Shown here: in pieces, positions 26,249 through 38,803 of the stretch
Layout: each line of letters opens with the position of its first letter
Position numbering within the stretch: position 1 is the stretch's first letter
From: Tubiluchus corallicola
Taxonomy: Eukaryota; Animalia; Priapulida
NCBI GenBank assembly: GCA_030141605.1
Contig: JAQGDQ010000818.1
Span: 28,284 to 92,283, forward strand
DNA: 64,000 nt
Reading direction: 5' to 3'
Made by a program: the position numbers and the translations under genes
The notes under the pieces: model-generated
The model's database searches: none
What the model saw: only the letters and a program-made list of their open reading frames with translations
Told to the model about the DNA's origin: nothing

Positions 26249-26707
26249 CCCTTTCATACCTGTTGTATCCCATGGGATACGATAGTATTTTCTGCCTTTC
26301 AAATTAATAAAATTTTAAAACTGACAGTTTTTTGATCTGTTAATAGTTATTTTGATTTAAGCCAAGAACAATAGACTAAAAATGGTGATAAAATGGCAAA
26401 CTAGAAAATCTACATAGCATAAAAAACTGCGCAAGGTACAGTACTTTAGAGACGACTTTGTACAGATCAGCATAGCGTGCATACTAAATGTCTTAAATAC
26501 TTTTAAAAATTATCAGCAGTTGCAAAATGAAGCGCATTTTATGCTTCCATTAAATCCCAATGTATCCCGTGGGATAAAGGCTATATTTAGCACGCGGGCA
26601 CAGGTAGAAAAAAATAATTATTATGTGTAAACAAGATGGACATACTGAACAAAAGTACCAAGCCAAACATTTTTTTCTTATTAAAAAATAATTTGGGACT
26701 GAAAGGG
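26249..26707 (+). mobile_element. piggyBac-like MITE family B
   Basis: TTAA TSDs; CCCTTTCA/TGAAAGGG TIRs. Confidence 0.9.
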
Positions 26708-26881
26708 TTAAGTTACTTAGCCAAGTTTTCGACATATTCGCATTAATGAAACCTTGCGTCTTTTCTGAGCTGGAGTACGCAGTTAACAATTCGCACACAA
26801 AAACATAAAAACATCCATAATGTAATTACAAACATATGCACTGTTTAAAAATTTGACTAAGAAACATATTTTTTATTTCAG

Positions 26882-27010
26882 AATTCAATCAGAGGCATAG
26901 TGGAGTTCCAAAAGGAAAAGGACAGCCGATATCAAATAACAAAAAGCAAGATATCAAAAATCTTAAAACTGAACCACTGAATAACTTTTACGAGCCTGCA
27001 AATGACTTAG
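26882..27010 (+). CDS. ANKRD26: ANKRD26-like exon 6
   Basis: (E)FNQRHSG...FYEPANDL; open, phase 1 to 1, good acceptor and donor. Confidence 0.8.
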
Positions 27011-27437
27011 GTAAAAGTGTCATTTTTTATTTTTTTATTTATTATTATTATCACATTCAGTATAATGACATTAAGCACACAGTGACATCAAAATTATTAC
27101 ATCTACTGTGTTAAATTGTTATATTTCATACACTACCGTTATCATAAAAGAATAATTGTACTGCAGTGGGCTAGAGAAGCAAAGGCTTGTATAAGCCCAC
27201 TGTCATGTGAACCCGATAAAAAAAGAATGGATGAGTGAACAAAAAAGAACTGGGAGAAAGGTTAGATCACTCAGGAAGGGTAGAATATAGGCTTAGGCAC
27301 ACCAACCTCTGCTATATGAATGTGTTCAAAAACTGCTTGTGGTGTCTCAGATTTGCTGCGATGAACTAAAGTGTAACTGGGCTACTGTTTAATGTGTTTA
27401 TCTCAATTATGCTCTGTCTGTATTCGTATCTTAATTA

Positions 27438-28650
27438 CAGTAAAATATTTGTAATTCGAACGCCACGGGACCGGAAATTTCTTGAAATTATATCCATGTG
27501 CGAGTTAGACAATATTTGTTATCTCTCAAGCTAGCATGTTATCTCTCTACAGTGAAGCCAGGTGTGTTGATTCTAGAGCGTCATTATTCATTTTTGCATT
27601 ACCTGTAGCGTTTGTTTGACATGCTTGACCAGTCTTGTGTGAGAGGTTAGATACCTTAGAATAGGAAAAGATCCTGTTTTAGTTGTATAGAGGCCAGTAG
27701 TTGTGTGGTCAGTTTGCCACTGTTGTAAAATCAGTATGTCTCTGTAGATTTCTGAAAACTGGCTTAAAGTTTTTTCTACAGATGCTCAAACATTTGTAAG
27801 TTCATGTGTTTCTTCATTTTTATGCAGAGCTTTGCAGTAATTTATTTGCCAGCTTAATAGTTTCTGATAGTGTTACAGTGATGCCTAATTATTGATTTTT
27901 CCAACTGCATATGATGTTTTTGTGTAGGCATGCATGTTGATTTGTGATATGTCAGGAAGTTTATTTATTAGTTAATTCTGGTTCAGTATGCTTGTTAATT
28001 TGCTAATGCTTGTTCCTTTTTTTGCACGTCTGTTATTGATTTATTTTTGTTTGATGTTCTTTTTTCTTCTTTCTATTGCAGTTTCACCTTTTTTAAAGTG
28101 AGCGGAAAATAAAATCTGCAAAACAAATAGCCAGTTTTCTACAGTAAGAAAACAAGATTGAGTCATTGATCAAGCTCGGACAATACAATGACAAGCTGAG
28201 TGTTTAATCAAATATCAAACAACAGTTTTTATGAATAATCAAACAAAATGACTGGTCCACTTCTATTGTAGTCTGATTGTCATGTGGCTAGTAGAATTCA
28301 ACAATAATAATATTGTGATCTAGTTATTAAACCACGTCCGTTAAACCATGTTGTGCGCAGCGTTCCGCTAAGGTAGTGCAAGAAATCTTAGCATTTTTGC
28401 TAAAACAGGCAGTTAAAATCGTAATGTGGTGCACACCTTTGCGTCGGAGGTTGTTTGAGATGGGGGCGGGGAAATTTCAATTAGATTCTTAAAAATTGTA
28501 CCGTGGATTTCGGTTTGAGTTACGTGTTAATTTGAGTTATGGATTTCAAAGTTATGCTCTATTTTTAAAGAGAAAAATGAAACAGGAAATCCGTTCGTTG
28601 AGAACTGTATGAGTTACGCAAGAATTTGAGTTATAACGGGTCGACTTCTA
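27438..28650 (+). mobile_element. Old Tigger/pogo-like non-autonomous element
   Basis: TA|CAGTAAAA..TTCGAAC start and GAGTTATAACGGGTCGAC end; 28150-28630 is the reverse complement of 29235-29740. Confidence 0.55.
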
Positions 28651-28705
28651 TATAGGTTCCTGTATTCCTAAATGCTGCATTTTAATTTATTATACCCTGG
28701 TCTTC

Positions 28706-29193
28706 CAGGGATGAGATTTTTCCGCGGATACGCGGAATTCCGAGTTTTTGGAAGACCAGTATAGTGCCATTTTTGTAAATCTCGTGAATTCGTTGAGAAA
28801 ATTTTTACGGACCCAGTACATTATTTAACCAGCTGACCGCTAGTTGGCAGGCCGTCACTTTGTTTACATCACGTACATCAGTGTAACGAAGTGTATATCT
28901 CTATGTATAAAAATATAGAATCAATTGTGTGGAGTTATTTGAGTCAATTGCAGACAGTTTTTATATACTTTTGCATAGGAGTGGCCAGTACTTAGGCATT
29001 TTTGAGACAATTAGGTATCATGTATCCTTGATAGTTGGCTATTTTAAATTATGCATGAAACAAGTTAATTGATATTTTAACTCTATTTAGAGGCTCTCTA
29101 TGGTTACAAAATTGCAATTTGTTGCTGGCTGCAAGGGTCCCCAAACCCCCGGCCTGTTTCACAGTTTTTTGCAATTTGTCATTCTCATCCCTG
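28706..29193 (+). mobile_element. MITE family C
   Basis: TIR CAGGGATGAGA/TCTCATCCCTG; five related copies in the window. Confidence 0.85.
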
Positions 29194-29233
29194 CAAACAG
29201 GTACGCAGTATGTGACACAAACATTGGACTATG

Positions 29234-29804
29234 TACAACTCAAACTGGTTTAACTCAAATTCTTGTCAGATCTCGTGGATTGTATTTTCCCTGTCACTTT
29301 TCCCTTTAACAAACATCGTGTAACTCGAACCAAATTCCCAGTGCAATTCTTAAGAATCTGATTGAAATTACCTCGCGTATCTGGAACAGCCTTCCAAGCG
29401 AGAAATCCTACATGAAAATGTGCACCACATTACGATTTTAACTGCTAGTGTCAGTAAAAATGCTAAGATTTCTTGTATTACCTTAGCAGAATGCTGCACT
29501 CAATATGGCTTAACGAGCGTGGTTTTATAACTTGGTCTTATCACAATTTTTATTACTGAATTCTATTAACCATTGCTATTCAGAATACAATGGAAGTGGA
29601 CCAGTCATTTTATTTTTGATTATTCATAAAAACTGTTGTTTGATATTTAATTACAGGTTCAGTTCGCCATTTTCACGTAGGCTGTCGTATTACTGGCATA
29701 TTGTCAGATGTTCATGAGTGACTCAAACGCGTTTTCCTTTGAACACTGTCGAACTCGAACGAATTTGCTAGTACCGTGGTGTTCGTGTGGTACACAATTT
29801 ACTG
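29234..29804 (-). mobile_element. Second, inverted copy of the Tigger-like element
   Basis: Reverse-complement similarity to 28150-28630; ends TTTACTG|TA. Confidence 0.6.
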
Positions 29805-29838
29805 TAATTCAAAATCTAAATCGATGTCATTTCTACAG

Positions 29839-29951
29839 GTGGCGCTAACGACAACGGCGAAAGCGATGATCCGGAATCTGCAAAGCAAAGTAATGGTGGA
29901 AGTGATTCGTGGGACGACAGCGAACTCTCTGAGCACGTAAAAGTGGAAAAG
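29839..29951 (+). CDS. ANKRD26: ANKRD26-like exon 7
   Basis: (G)GANDNGESDD...SDSWDDSELSEHVKVEK; acidic DSW motif as in ANKRD26; phase 1 to 0. Confidence 0.82.
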
Positions 29952-30348
29952 GTAATTCCTTGAAGAGAAATGTGCCGAGTTTAGGCAGCTACACATTTGA
30001 AAGTGGCGACATCTAGCCTAACTTTTGTCAACAACTTTGTACGCAATTTCATTTATATGCAAAAACAGAATTAAAACTCTTAAAAAAATTAAAATATTTT
30101 TGTAACTTGATTTAGAGCGCCTATCGGCATATTTGGCAGAATGTTAATAAGGCACTTATGTCTGCCATGCGGTTGGCTTCAACGGAAATAAATAATTTAA
30201 AAATTATCATTTTATTGGACAGATTTTTTAAAGTAATCTTAGATTGTTTCGCTTGTTTTTCAAGGTGATTTTGGAGCCAAGTGACAACTTTTAGGTTGCG
30301 TAAAAATAAAACCATCTAAATCTGCATTAAATTACTAAATTTTATTAA

Positions 30349-30808
30349 CCCTTTCAGTCCCAAATTATTTTTTTAATAAGAAAAAAATTTTTGGCTTGGT
30401 ACTTTTGTTCAGTATGTCCATCTTGTTTACACATAATAATTATTTTTTTCTACCTGTGCCCGTGTGCTAAATACAGCCTGTATCCCACGGGATACATTGG
30501 GATTCAATGGAAGCATAAAATGTGCTTCATTTTGCAACTGTTGATAATTTTTTAAAGCATTTAAGACATTTAGTATGCATGCTATGCTGATCTGTACAAA
30601 GTCATCTCTAAAGTACTGTACCTTGCGCAGTTTTTTATGCTATGTAGATTTTCTAGTTTGCCATTTTATCACCATTTTTAGTCTGTTGTTATTGGCTTAA
30701 GTGAAAATAACTATTAACAGATCAAATAACTCTCAGTTTTAAAGTTTTATTAATTTTAAAGGCAGAGAATATTCTCGTATCCCATGGGATACAACAGGTA
30801 TGAAAGGG
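30349..30808 (-). mobile_element. piggyBac-like MITE family B, inverted relative to 26249-26707
   Basis: TTAA TSDs; full-length reverse complement. Confidence 0.9.
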
Positions 30809-31121
30809 TTAATTGCCGTCATGAAGAATTAGCGTCCATTTTTTTTGCTTCTGCACCGTATTACCTAAGTTTGTATTTACTTTCTTAAGAAGCAAACACA
30901 GGAGTCAAGTCACAACTTACAGTTAGACCAAACTGGCAGACCAAATTCTAATACAAATAGTGTAATGTATAAAACTCAAGATTGCATGTCCTGTTTCGAA
31001 AGGCACTAGTTTATAATGTTTCCTTTTAGAAATGGTTTTTGCACGTGCACCTAGTCTATTTTAATCACACTTGCTTTTTGTGATTTTTCTGACTCCCTGT
31101 TGCATGCGAAATCATACAAGA

Positions 31122-31794
31122 CTAGCAAAGGCCCCGCAAAAAATTTTGCGTATAAATACACTTATAATCAAAAATATGCAAACAACCTACATAGTCCTCA
31201 TTTACAACGCAAAGCCAGTAGCAGCTTTTACTGAATTAAAGTTATAGACAGAGTATAATGGATGACGTCAGAACAATGGCATTTTCTAAGCGAAAATTGC
31301 CGAAAATAGAACATCTAATTTACTCGTTGGAACTCCTTTTGGTGTACCTGTCCTAAAATATAGCCCACATCATCGTGTAGCCCTGTTCTTCTTCTTTCTA
31401 AAGAGCTATATATCTCCTTTCGAGAGCCATAGCCAGCACCACCCATGGCCCATTCCCATTCTCCAGATCTCAGACGTATAACTTTTGCAAAAAACGGCCG
31501 AAAAATGGCCATTTTTGGAGGTTTTTCACCCCCCGTCCCTCGCGGTGGGCCCCAATGAGATGACACTAATTTGAGACCTTTCGTTTGATGTATAGATCGC
31601 CACAAATGGTGCCGTCGTCGGAGCTGTAGCCTCGTATCTTATATATATATATATAAATATATAACATACCAAGAGAATTAATATATGCGATATATAATAT
31701 ATCTATATATATATATATATATATCTATATATATATATATATATTATATTATATAAATATATTAAGTCCATACCAGTAGAATTAATATATACGA
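31122..31794 (-). mobile_element. Non-autonomous Helitron
   Basis: Minus strand begins A|TC and ends CTAG|T, with subterminal hairpin CGCAAA..TTTGCG; no TSD. Confidence 0.7.
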
Positions 31795-31922
31795 TAGCTC
31801 ATCTCTACGTGACATATCCATATGCAAACATTTAAATAAGTAATTAAAGCTGATTTGGCAAGCACAAAGCAAGAAAGATCGTTCATACTTGCACTGAATG
31901 TGTCTTTGTAGAAAATGATTTC

Positions 31923-32121
31923 CAATTACCCGCTTTGATTGTTAAGTGTGTCACCATTGTTCAATTACCCGCTTTGATTGTTAAGTGTGTCACCATTGTT
32001 CAATCACCCGCTTTGATTGTTAAGTGTGTCACCATTGTTCAATCACCCGCTTTGATTGTTAAGTGTTTCACCATTGTTCAATCACCTGCTTCGATTGTTG
32101 AGTGTTCCACCATTGTTCAAT
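31923..32121. repeat. 39-bp tandem repeat, about 5 units
   Basis: CAATTACCCGCTTTGATTGTTAAGTGTGTCACCATTGTT. Confidence 0.9.
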
Positions 32122-32354
32122 GCCAGTAGTTAGTTAGTACGAAATCCCAAATGTAGATGTCATGTTGAATCTTCTCAGCACTTTTAATTTTACTCGTTTC
32201 TTTCTGGTGTTTTTAAAACTTGAATGTAAACACTAGAACGATTTGTTCCATAATAATTTTTGAAACAGCTCTCTGATATATTAAAATTGGTTTATGACAG
32301 TAGTCCGATGTTTAGTGGTGATTTTTTTCTGACTGAGTCTCCAAAATTCAGAGT

Positions 32355-32453
32355 GATTGTTGTTGTTGCTGTTGTTGTTATCGCTGATGCTGTTGTCATT
32401 GTTGTCGTTGCCATCGTTGTTGTTGTTGTCGTTGTCGTTGTTGCTGTTGTCGT

Positions 32454-32487
<34 letters not shown>

Positions 32488-32561
32488 GTTGTTGTCATTG
32501 TTGCTGTTGCTGTTGTCGTTGTTGTTGTTGTCGGTGTTGTCGTTGTCATTGTTGTTGCTGC

Positions 32562-32597
<36 letters not shown>

Positions 32598-32862
32598 CAT
32601 TGATGTAGTAGTTGTTGTTGTTGATATCGTTGTTGCTGTCGTTGTTGTTGTTGTTGCTGCTGTTGCTGTTGTTGTTGTCGTTGTTGTTGTTGTCGTCGTC
32701 ATTGATGTAGTAGTAGTTGTTGTTGTTTTTGATGTCGTTGTTGTTGTTGTCGTTGTTACTGTTGTTGTTGTCGTAGTCGTTGTGTTATCGTTGTTGTTGT
32801 TGTTGCTGTCATCGTTGTTGTTGTCGATGTCGACGTTGCTGCTGCTGCTGTTGCTGTTGTCG
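32355..32862. repeat. Degenerate (GTT)n array
   Basis: Left flank 32308-32357 is the reverse complement of 33815-33866. Confidence 0.92.
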
Positions 32863-33071
32863 TATTTTACACCTAAACACACTTAGTGTGTGACAGCAAG
32901 CTCAGCATTCAACTCAGAGTGAATTTTCTACAGTTTTGTTCATTTTTATAATTTTATGATTTTATGATTATTGTGCTTTAAAGTTAACTTATGCTCTTTG
33001 CTCAGTTGCCCTTGCAAGCTGTCAGCTTACGTTACATTTTTTCTAACTTACTCTTTCATTCTTTTATCTAG

Positions 33072-33345
33072 GAAGCATCAAAAATATCATTGGCTCAGTT
33101 TGTGCCTTCATCGGATGAGGAAAGTTTAAGCAAGAAATCTTCTAAATATCCGACTAATGAACAGCAACGAAAACAGGATACTGGGCAACAACAACAACAA
33201 CAGCAGCTGCAGCAACAACAACAACAACAGCAACAGGTTAAACCGGCATCAGAAAAACAAAAAACAAAACAGAATTTGCAAAAACAGCTTCCACCATCAC
33301 CTGAACAACGTACCGATTTTGAATCTCAAACATCTTCTCATAAAG
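33072..33345 (+). CDS. ANKRD26: ANKRD26-like exon 8 (polyQ)
   Basis: EASKISLAQFVPSSDEE...QQQQ...TSSHK; phase 0 to 1. Confidence 0.8.
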
Positions 33346-33386
33346 GTATTACCCAACTTCTTTTTATCTTTATGCTTATTATATTA

Positions 33387-34286
33387 CCGTATTTATTCGA
33401 GTATAACGCGCAAAATTTTACCTAAAACAGAACTCAAAGTTTGGGTGTGCATTATAAACGAGGGCTGTGGTGACACACTTAGATGCATCAAACGAATAGA
33501 TGTGACAACAATAACAACAACAACGACGATGACGACGACGACAACAGCAACAACGACAACGACGACAACAACAACAACAACAACAACAATGATGACAACG
33601 ACTACGACAACAACAACAACGACATCAACAACAACAACTACTACATCAACGACAACAACAAAAACAACAGCAGCAACACCAGCAGCAGCAACAACAACGA
33701 CAACGACAACAGCAACAACGACAGCGACAACGACAATGACAACAACAACAACGATGACAACGACAACAACAGCAACAACAACAGCATCAACGACAACAAC
33801 AACAGTAACAACAACAATCACTCTGAATTTTAGAGACTCAGCCAGAAGAAATTCACCTCTAAACATATATCAATATATTATTTGTGCAATGACTCATTAG
33901 TCGAAGATATTGCTGACCACAATCGCAAAACATCGAATGCAGCCACACCTCTCGACCCACAAAACGCCTATTGTCTATTTTTAGTAACAGTATCCAAAGC
34001 ATTTGCCGTGGACTCACTGCAGAGGCGAGGCAGAGCTAAGGAAATGATCAATTACATTTGCGTCATCGGCAGACTTTGTTTCTGCAACTCGGGGTATCAA
34101 GAGAAAACGTTCTGCATATGACGCTTCATTCAAGCTCAAAGTTGTTGATTATGCTGAAATTCATGGAAATCGAGCAGCTAGCCAAGAATTCACTGTACCA
34201 GAGACGAAAGTTAGAGACTGGAGTTGTTCAACAACGTTAGGTGTGCGTGCTATACACGTGCGCGCGTTATAGTCGAATAAATATGG
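33387..34286 (+). mobile_element. Deleted pogo-type DNA transposon carrying an (AAC)n array and a Brinker-type HTH remnant
   Basis: TA|CCGTATTTATTCGAGTATAACGCGC ... GCGCGTTATAGTCGAATAAATATGG|TA; 34099-34221 encodes KRKRSAYDASFKLKVVDYAEIHGNRAASQEFTVPETKVRDW. Confidence 0.85.
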
Positions 34287-34459
34287 TAGATATTTTGAAA
34301 GAGCCAGTGACCCATTCAAAAGACTTTTAAAATGGTTCAGAAAATGATCAACTTGTTGATTTATCAAGTTAAAATAGAATAAGAATTGCTGTATTTACTG
34401 TTAAAGCGTATGTCTGTTATCAATTGATTACTGATGGCAAAAGTTTGTCTTTAATATAA

Positions 34460-34544
34460 TTGTTGTTGTTGCTGTTGTTGTCGTTGTTGTTGTTGTTATT
34501 GTTGTCGTTGTCATCCTTGTTGTTGTTGTTGTTGTGGTTGTCGT

Positions 34545-34579
<35 letters not shown>

Positions 34580-34928
34580 TTGTTGTTGTTGTTGTTGTTG
34601 TCGTTGATGTAGTAGTTGTTGTTGTCATTCTTGTTGTCATTGTTGTTGTTGTTGTTGCTGTTGTTGTCGTTGTGGTTGTCGTTGTTGTTGTTGTTGTGGT
34701 TGTTGTTGTTGTTGCTTCTGCTGTTGCTGTTGCTGTTGTTGTTGTTGCTGTTGTTGTCGTTGTTGTTGTTGTTGTGGTTGTTGTTGTTGTTGTTGTTGTC
34801 GTTGATGTAGTAGTTGTTGTTGTCATTCTTGTTGTCATTGTTGCTGTTGTTGTCGTTGTGGTTGTCGTTGTTGTTGTTGTTGTGGTTGTCATCGTCGCTG
34901 TTGCTGCTGCTGCTGTTGCCATTGTCGT
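34460..34928. repeat. Degenerate (GTT)n array
   Basis: Followed by the same ~55-bp tail as the 32355 array. Confidence 0.92.
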
Positions 34929-35041
34929 ATTTTACACCTGCACACTTAGTGTGCAACAACAAGCTCAGCATTCAACAAAAAACTATTAAAATTAGAAAAA
35001 ACAGCAAGAGCTTTTCTGCATTTGCAATGTTGCAATTCCAG

Positions 35042-35242
35042 AAAAACTTACTACATCGTCTGACAGCAACCAAGATGTCACTTCAGTAGCTGACGGAAAC
35101 AGTTTTCCCAAAAATCCAGTGATCGGATCAAAGGCTAACGATGTCCCAGCAAAAGCTGCTCTAGCAAGCAGTAGCCCTCCCCCTGTTGTGAATGGCTGTG
35201 CAGATCTTGCCATTGATGAAAAAGAAGAAGCCAAGTTGCCTG
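35042..35242 (+). CDS. ANKRD26: ANKRD26-like exon 9
   Basis: (E)KLTTSSDSNQD...DEKEEAKLP; open, phase 1 to 1. Confidence 0.72.
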
Positions 35243-35602
35243 GTATTATATTTCTATAATGTTACTTCGTAAAGAAATAACTGCATTTTTGTTGAAGCTT
35301 CGCAATTTTACCTGTGGCGAAATTTTTGACTCGGGGCCAAAAAAAAACTATAAACTACCACCACCAAAATGGCAAGTGACTAAAAATGATATTTTTAAGC
35401 GAAATTTAGAAAAATATGAAGCCAAGGAAAAGATAAAAATGTCAAGTTAAGCAATTTTTGTTTTCAAGCGTTGGAAGTGTGCCAGCTGCATTACTGTACT
35501 ATTGATAGACTATGCTGACTATACTATAGTAATTATTCTATAGTTAAACAGGCTCTAATCAGCTCTTTTTAATCGCATAAACGTTTCCTCAATGCTTTTG
35601 AC

Positions 35603-35838
35603 TTTTGCATTGGAGCGGCCAGTACTTAGGCATTTTTGAGACAATTAGGTATCATGTATTCGTGATAGTTGGGTATTTTAAATTATGCATAAAACAAGGT
35701 AATTGATATTTTAATTACACTTAGAGGCTCTCTATTTTCACAAAATTGCAATTTCTTGCTGGATACAAGGGGGGCTAGGTGACCCTAAAAACCCCGGCCT
35801 GTTTCAGAGTTTTTTGCAATTTGTCATTCTCATCCCTG
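35603..35838 (+). mobile_element. MITE family C, 3' half
   Basis: Matches 28968-29193. Confidence 0.8.
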
Positions 35839-36107
35839 GAGATAACGTAGAGCTTGGTGTGCTACTAAGTATGTAATGACAAAGGACTGGGCACACATTA
35901 TAAAGTTTTCACAACAAGCCTATTAAAGTCAGTATAATTAGATGGCTGCAGCAAGCAGTTTGGCACGATGCCAAATATTGCTTATCCTACAGGATTCTAT
36001 GTTCATTCATAAACTGTTTGACAGGGCAGATCCAGGCAAACAGGGTAGACACGTATGAATACTATAACTCGATATATGTCATAGTGCCGTATTTCTAGAC
36101 AACTGGT

Positions 36108-37000
36108 TTGAAATTTAAACTTAGAAAAATAGACCATAGTTAGGTGATATTGATTTGAAATATAAACTTAGAAAAATAGACCATAGTTAGGTGATATTGA
36201 TTTGAAATATAAACTTAGAAAAATAGACCATAGTTAGGTGATATTGATTTGAAATATAAACTTAGAAAAATAGACCATGGTTAGGTGATATTGATTTGAA
36301 ATATAAACTTAGAAAAATAGACCATAGTTAGGTGATATTGATTTGAAATATAAACTTAGAAAAATAGACCATAGTTAGGTGATATTGATTTGAAATATAA
36401 ACTTAGAAAAATAGACCATGGTTAGGTGATATTGATTTGAAATATAAACTTAGGAAAATAGACCATAGTTAGGTGATATTGATTTGAAATATAAACTTAG
36501 AAAAATAGACCATAGTTAGGTGATATCGATTTGAAATATAAACTTAGGAAAATAGACCATGGTTATGTGATATTGATTTGAAATTTAAACTTAGGAAAAT
36601 AGACCATAGTTAGGTGATATTGATTTGAAATATAAACTTAGGAAAATAGACCATGGTTATGTGATATTGATTTGAAATATAAACTTAGGAAAATAGACCA
36701 TAGTTAGGTGATATTGATTTGAAATATAAACTTAGAAAAATAGACCATAGTTAGGTGATATTGATTTGAAATATAAACTTAGAAAAATAGACCATAGTTA
36801 GGTGATATTGATTTGAAATATAAACTTAGAAAAATAGACCATAGTTAGGTGATATTGATTTGAAATATAAACTTAGGAAAATAGACCATAGTTAGGTGAT
36901 ATTGATTTGTAATATAAACTTAGGAAAATAGACCATGGTTAGGTGATATTGATTTGAAATATAAACTTAGGAAAATAGACCATAGTTAGGTGATATTGAT
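36108..37000. repeat. 47-bp minisatellite, about 19 units
   Basis: TTGAAATATAAACTTAGAAAAATAGACCATAGTTAGGTGATATTGAT. Confidence 0.96.
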
Positions 37001-37114
37001 GTAAAATTTACTGTTGACAGATTAAAATGGTTGGCCAAAGAAGTTTTTCTAAGTGATTATTTCTGTACTTCACTTAAGGATAACTGTGATTTAAATTTGT
37101 TTTTTCATTCATAG

Positions 37115-38203
37115 ATGGCGATGCTGAGAGCGAATGGGATAGCAGCGATGCTGACATTTCTCTAGGTTATGTTCCATCCATGACCTCTCTGCGGGAGGGT
37201 GGCAGCCGGCAAGAGAAGCTGCAGTCTGCAAGCCAGAGCGCCCTCTCTATTGGATCTGTTGTTCCCGATAATCAGGTTGAGACGTCAGTATCGTTACCGC
37301 AAAGTAAAAGCGAATCAGGCAGCAATGCAAAACCAAATGGTGTCAAAGATGATCGGCCTGAAGCAAGTGACAAGAATGACGTTGCTGAAAAAAGTGATAA
37401 AGACATTTTCTCAGTGAATGTGAACGGTTCGTTGGAGAGCGGGGACGTTTACGCAAAACCCGTGGCAACGCCTCGGAAACTTCAGACCGCAAAGGACGAT
37501 GAAAGTGACACCAGCGAACCAGATGAGCTTTCGTCTGATGACCCAAAAATGAGTACAATAAAGAAGTCGCCATTTCAACTGGAAACCGGCACTGAATTGC
37601 TAGCAGAGGCGACACGTCACAGTGAGCTGCCACCAGAGATGTCACGTCACAGTGAGTCGCCACCAAAGATGTCACGTCACAGTGAGGTGCCACCAGAGGC
37701 GACACATTACAGCGAGTTGCCACCAGAGATGTCACGTCACAGGGAGTTGCCACCAGAGATGTCACGTCACAGCGAGTCGCCACCAGAGATGTCACGTCAC
37801 AGTGAGGTGCCACCAGAGATGACACGTCACAGTGAGCTGCCACCAGAGATGACACGTCACAGTAAGCTGCCACCGGAGATGGCACGTCACACTGAGCTGC
37901 CACCATTAAAAGAACAACTAAATAAGAAAACAGACACAGTTAAAAAGAGAACTAGTGTTGATATACTTGGTTTGGATGATGCTGAGATGACTATTGGATT
38001 AGCTAAACCAGGGCAATCTGCTGAGAAGATTGAGAGTGATAAATCAGCACCATCTACTGGTCACTCCAAAAGTGATAGACCAGCACCATCTGGTGGGGAA
38101 TTGGGGAGTGACTGGGATTCTCCATCTGAGGATCTGCCAATCATGATGTCATCTCCGTCTGATGCACTGCCTGCAGAAGATGCAGAAGGTTCTTCTCTAA
38201 CTG
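37115..38203 (+). CDS. ANKRD26: ANKRD26-like exon 10 (large, low complexity, internal 10-aa repeats)
   Basis: 1089 nt open, (D)GDAESEWDSSD...SDWDS...SSLT; donor G|GTAAGT; phase 1 to 1. Confidence 0.87.
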
Positions 38204-38233
38204 GTAAGTGTTCACTTTTCACATCTTCTTTAA

Positions 38234-38803
38234 CCCTTTCACCACGTAGTTGCTTTTTAACACGGCCGATTTGACTTTTTCACATTTGACAATAACTTCT
38301 TGTGGTGTGTTACTAAAACAGAATCTTATACATAAACGAATAGCCATTTGTTATTAAGCACTATTATTGAATATTAGTTTTATTTGTACATATGCACACA
38401 CATCTGTGCACACATACATGCACTCACGCACGCATGCACGTGCACACCCTCACAAATAAGCACACACTTATATCTAGAAGCCAATTTTCGCAAAAGTCCA
38501 TATTACTAATCCATAATATGCAATTATTTTATAAGAGTGCAGAACAATCAACTAAACATGCATTGCACCAACTATCTACAAGTGATTTTGCCTGAGAAAG
38601 AACCATACAGCACAGTAATCTGGAATGCACCTGGCTTTAGATGCTGAGTGGCTGATTAGCGTTACTTGTTGCGAACCAACCCCAATCCCAACTCTGTTAA
38701 ACTTTTCTACAATGTTTTTACATGGCCGTAGCAGTGAAATAAACAGACACTGCGCTTAGTGTTGAGCTTGGGCGGCAGTTTGCCGCCTTCCGTAGTGAAA
38801 GGG
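38234..38803. mobile_element. piggyBac-like MITE, second family
   Basis: TTAA|CCCTTTCACCACG ... CGTAGTGAAAGGG|TTAA. Confidence 0.75.

Noticed and set aside
32260-34989. Mucin-like poly-T, poly-V and poly-N ORFs
   Set aside because: Triplet microsatellites open in several frames; only 33072-33345 has splice and phase support.
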